A stretch of DNA of 64,000 nt from Eledone cirrhosa (taxonomy: Eukaryota), in assembly GCA_964016885.1 (NCBI GenBank), contig OZ024752.1:40734001-40798000 (forward strand). Direction: 5' to 3'. Positions 59,896 to 64,000 of the stretch are shown here, piece by piece; positions within the stretch are counted from its first letter, which is position 1; every line of letters begins with the position of its first letter. The position numbers were made by a program, and so were the translations under genes. The notes below the pieces were generated by a model that searched no databases, was not told the origin of the DNA, and worked only from the letters and a program-made list of their open reading frames with translations.

Positions 59896-60458
59896 AGTGT
59901 GTGTGTGAGTGTGTGTGTGTTGTGTTTGAATGTATGAATGTATACACGTGTGTGTATATGTACCTACGTCTATAGACAGGTGTATGTGTATGCGTATAAT
60001 TTTCATTAACATTAACAAAACCAAACACCTCTAACCACATATCGTCTGCTTCAATCAAATGTCCAAATACTAAAACTTCGTAATTATTGGTTTCCAAATA
60101 TTTTTTCATCTTTACACTCCACCCATTCCTTTTAAAACATTATTCCTGTTGTAATGGCGTTTGGGTTCTTGTGGTGTTTTTTTTTTAGTTTTTTTTTGTT
60201 TCGATTCCTGATTCCTGTTTATCATTTGCGGAATATGTGCCTGAATTTCTTTTACGAGTATTTTCGGTTGAAACCACTCCTCTAGGAAAATCGGAGAAAA
60301 TCAATAATTATTTTTTATATTTTTTATACATTGACCCCCCCCTCCCCCGCCAACTAAACATCAACACTCCTTATAGATGTTTGTGAAATTAAGTTGCAAC
60401 TATTTGGAAACCAGTTAAGTGGAGTGTACCAGTAGTTTGAAGGGCAAACCTTATCACA

Positions 60459-60500
<42 letters not shown>

Positions 60501-60540
60501 ATTGTGAATCCAATTCTCTAACCACTCAGCCACACGCCTT

Positions 60541-60593
<53 letters not shown>

Positions 60594-60600
<7 letters not shown>

Positions 60601-61117
60601 TAAAAAAATAATGAATAAAACAATGAAACAGTTCCTTATATTAAACAAAAAAAGTTCATTATTTAACGATCGTTTCTAGGATATATATGTGTTAGAATTG
60701 GCATGCATATTCAACAGATCTATGTACAAAATTATACAAAATTATACAAACTATCAAAATTAAATATACATACCAAACACATAGACGGCATATATATGTG
60801 TTTGGTATGTATATTTAATTTTGATAGTTTGTATAATTTTGTATAATTTTGTACATAGATCTGTTGAATATGCATGCCAATTCTAACACATATATATCCT
60901 AGAAACGATCGTTAAATAATGAACTTTTTTTGTTTAATATAAGGAACTGTTTCATTGTTTTATTCATTAATTTTTTAATATTTTATCTTGACTCTGTATT
61001 CCGTTTATCTTTCACCGAAAGTGATTTTTCATTGCATCTCTTCTTTCCATGATATCCGGACTACATTGAGTTCTTCATACGGATTGGACACTACCGTAAA
61101 CTCTTGGTAGATTTATC

Positions 61118-61120
<3 letters not shown>
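60594..61120 (+). mobile_element. Family E fold-back element (~190-bp arms plus unique 3' tail) in (TA)n
   Basis: Arms ~60594-60783 / 60797-60986; tail ends gtagatttatctac-(AT)n. Confidence 0.85.
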
Positions 61121-61172
<52 letters not shown>

Positions 61173-61175
<3 letters not shown>

Positions 61176-61357
61176 AAGGCGTGTGGCTGAGTGGTTAGAG
61201 AATTGGATGGACCGGGCGATGCGTTATGTCCTTGAGCAAGACACTTTATTTCACGTTGCTCCTTCTACCTGGAGTTGCGACCGATAGATAGTACTAGCAA
61301 CTGGAAAGACCAACGGAAACATTGTTTCCTCGGTCCGATTTGACGAAAAATCGATCG
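61173..61357 (+). mobile_element. Chimeric SINE-B copy with B-box deletion; inverted head fragment at 60499-60543
   Basis: Matches 54578-54792. Confidence 0.75.
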
Positions 61358-61674
61358 ATAAAAAAAATATATATATATATATATAGTAATAATATTAAAT
61401 TTGAAGACTAAAATCCAAAGAGGGCTCGATAAGGATAAATATAGATCAAATATATAAGAACCGTAGAGCAAATATTTATCTGTTATTTTAATATATATGT
61501 TATATATACTAACAAAATTAAATTAAAGATGTCATGTCTGAGAATATCAGGACATTAATCATTATTGCCAGGTATCTATATTCAAGGTTATCGTTAAATT
61601 TTTAATATGTTACCTCTGTAACTATATGTGTTTACACTCTTCACAAATTAACCCCGGTTAATGTTTGTTATGTT

Positions 61675-61737
<63 letters not shown>

Positions 61738-61786
61738 AATCGACTTTTAATGTAATTTTATATATATTATATAATTTAATTTTATA

Positions 61787-61859
<73 letters not shown>

Positions 61860-62120
61860 TAAAATTAAATTATATAATATATATAAAATTACATATATAT
61901 ATATTTTTTTTAGAGAGAGAGAGAGAGGGGGGAGAGAATGATATATATATATATGAATGTATGTATAGTATATTTGGCAATATACTGTTTAATTAAAAAC
62001 ATTTAGAAGACCATTCGCTATGAGTTTTAAAGTAGTGACTATGTCACTTACTTATTTTCGGCAGAGGCTGGGAGAGTGGCTGTCAGCTGTTTCTCACTGG
62101 TTGACGTTAGAGGGAGAGAG

Positions 62121-62192
<72 letters not shown>

Positions 62193-62197
<5 letters not shown>

Positions 62198-62679
62198 AAA
62201 TTGAGGTTGGTAATGGCACATGGAATATATAAGAGACAGAATACTTTTTTGTGAAAAAACATATAATTTTATAAGGTAAGGAAATAATAAAGGGTATAAA
62301 AAAGGACCGGTTTCGATGGGTCTGCAAAAGCCATCTTTTCAAATGTTGATTAATATTAAGAAAAATTAATAATACGAAGAGTTAAAATTTGAGAAAACTA
62401 CTATGAAATCCCACAATGAATTTTATACTTGAATTTTCAAATCTCAAATTTTAACTCTTCGTATTATTAATTTTTCTTAATATTAATCAACATTTGAAAA
62501 GATGGCTTTTGCAGACCCATCGAAACCGGTCATCTTTTATACCCTTTATTATTTCCTTACCTTATAAAATTATATGTTTTTTCACAAAAAAGTATTCTGT
62601 CTCTTATATATTCCATGTGCCATTACCAACCTCAATTTTCTCTATAACCTTCGTTTTATGTAGAAAATTACACTTTTCA
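62193..62679 (+). mobile_element. Fold-back element (~200-bp arms) with degenerate hammerhead
   Basis: Arms ~62193-62394 / 62442-62643; ttgaaaa-gatgg...ccatc-GAAA-ccg-GTC (core mutated). Confidence 0.7.
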
Positions 62680-62704
62680 TATATATATATATATATATAT
62701 ATAT

Positions 62705-62881
62705 GTAGGAGGTGAGTTTTATTGTAGTACAATAAAGCAATGCAGATTTTAAGTGTTTTTTAACCTTCATATCATGTCTTCCTGTTTTATCTGATGAAAA
62801 CACAAATATTATTGCATGATGATATTTGTTTTTGAAATGCGCAAAATAAAATACATGGAACTCTTTTAACCATCTTTTGTT

Positions 62882-62885
<4 letters not shown>
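62705..62885. mobile_element. Family A rearranged element; hammerhead 62784-62852 (plus) with mutated cleavage triplet
   Basis: Inverted 3' end joined to ttttat-CTGATGA...GAAA-tgcgc-AAA-ataaaa. Confidence 0.75.
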
Positions 62886-62930
<45 letters not shown>

Positions 62931-63570
62931 GGGGAGAGAGAGACTGGTAGACAACAACATTGGAAGAGAATGTTTTAGTACTCTAGCATCCAAATTTCTT
63001 TTGACTTACATTGGTTTTCCATGAATTCTAAATTCAAATACAAACACTTTGTTAGATCCCAGTATTCATGGGAATGAGAGAAAACCTTCAGTAGAATCAT
63101 TACTATAGAGATTCATGAAAAACTGATGTATTTGCGTTGAAATAAATGAAAAGAAGTTACCATATAAAGAATATTATTACAGTAAAAGAAAAAAACCCCA
63201 CCCATTTCAGAAATTGGCGGTGATGTGGAGTTTGAAGTCGTCCATGGCGCTTTATCACGCAAAATGGCATCTCAAATCCAATTCATCATAGTTATTCTGG
63301 CTTTAAAGCTTGAAGTAGAAATTTTAAAGAAAAAACAACAACATATCGTTGCATACATTCTTCCGAATGGATTATTATATTTTCAGCCAGTTAAGACATC
63401 AAAGAGAAGTATTCGTTTTGGGAAGAATTCGCCATTTTCTTCTCTTTCCGAATACCGTTGAAAAGTTAGATGTTTAGGGAAAATTTACAAGACGATTAAG
63501 GCCAAGGACAGTTCCTAATTCATGGCAGTAGATCAAATGATCTAAACAGAATCATAATGTTTGCATCCCC

Positions 63571-63649
<79 letters not shown>

Positions 63650-63757
63650 TAATATATATATATTAAAATAATAATATATATAATGATATAATATAATAAA
63701 ATATTATATATTTGATATATATTCTTCCTTATCGAGCCCTCTTTGGATTTTAGTCTT

Positions 63758-63832
<75 letters not shown>

Positions 63833-63912
63833 GTATGTAAAAGGTAAATAGAAATAACAATACAATCGGTACAGTATATGGAAGGGATATATTATATATA
63901 TATATATATATC

Positions 63913-63967
63913 TGTTAGAACACGAAAAGTGTGAAACAACAGAATGTTCACTTTTCGTGTTCTAACA
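63913..63967. repeat. Short inverted repeat
   Basis: tgttagaacacgaaaagtg / cacttttcgtgttctaaca. Confidence 0.8.
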
Positions 63968-64000
63968 TATATGCCTAGCTTCTTTAAAAATTTTTCGGGG

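Overview
Animal (metazoan) intergenic or intronic DNA: AT-rich and dominated by microsatellites, minisatellites and transposon debris, with one 200-N gap. The SINE types and repeat load suggest an octopus-like cephalopod, but this is an inference. I can support no intact host protein-coding gene. Almost all listed ORFs are microsatellite read-through, and the only protein-like segments are decayed retrotransposon ORFs (R4/Dong-type, CRE-type, RTE-type). There is one degenerate tRNA-Ser(AGA), many tRNA-derived SINEs and several MITEs. The main signal is about 20 complete or near-complete type I hammerhead ribozyme motifs (CUGANGA...GAAA...NUH, with compensatory changes between copies) plus many half-motifs. 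They sit on at least 5 families of short non-coding elements embedded in (TA)n tracts. These elements repeatedly form fold-back palindromes whose turning points often fall inside the ribozyme's own hairpins, and several families share a TTGAGTRC-like 3' motif. This fits non-autonomous, microsatellite-targeting Penelope-like/retrozyme-like elements. All structures were read by eye, with no folding or database search, so boundaries are approximate.
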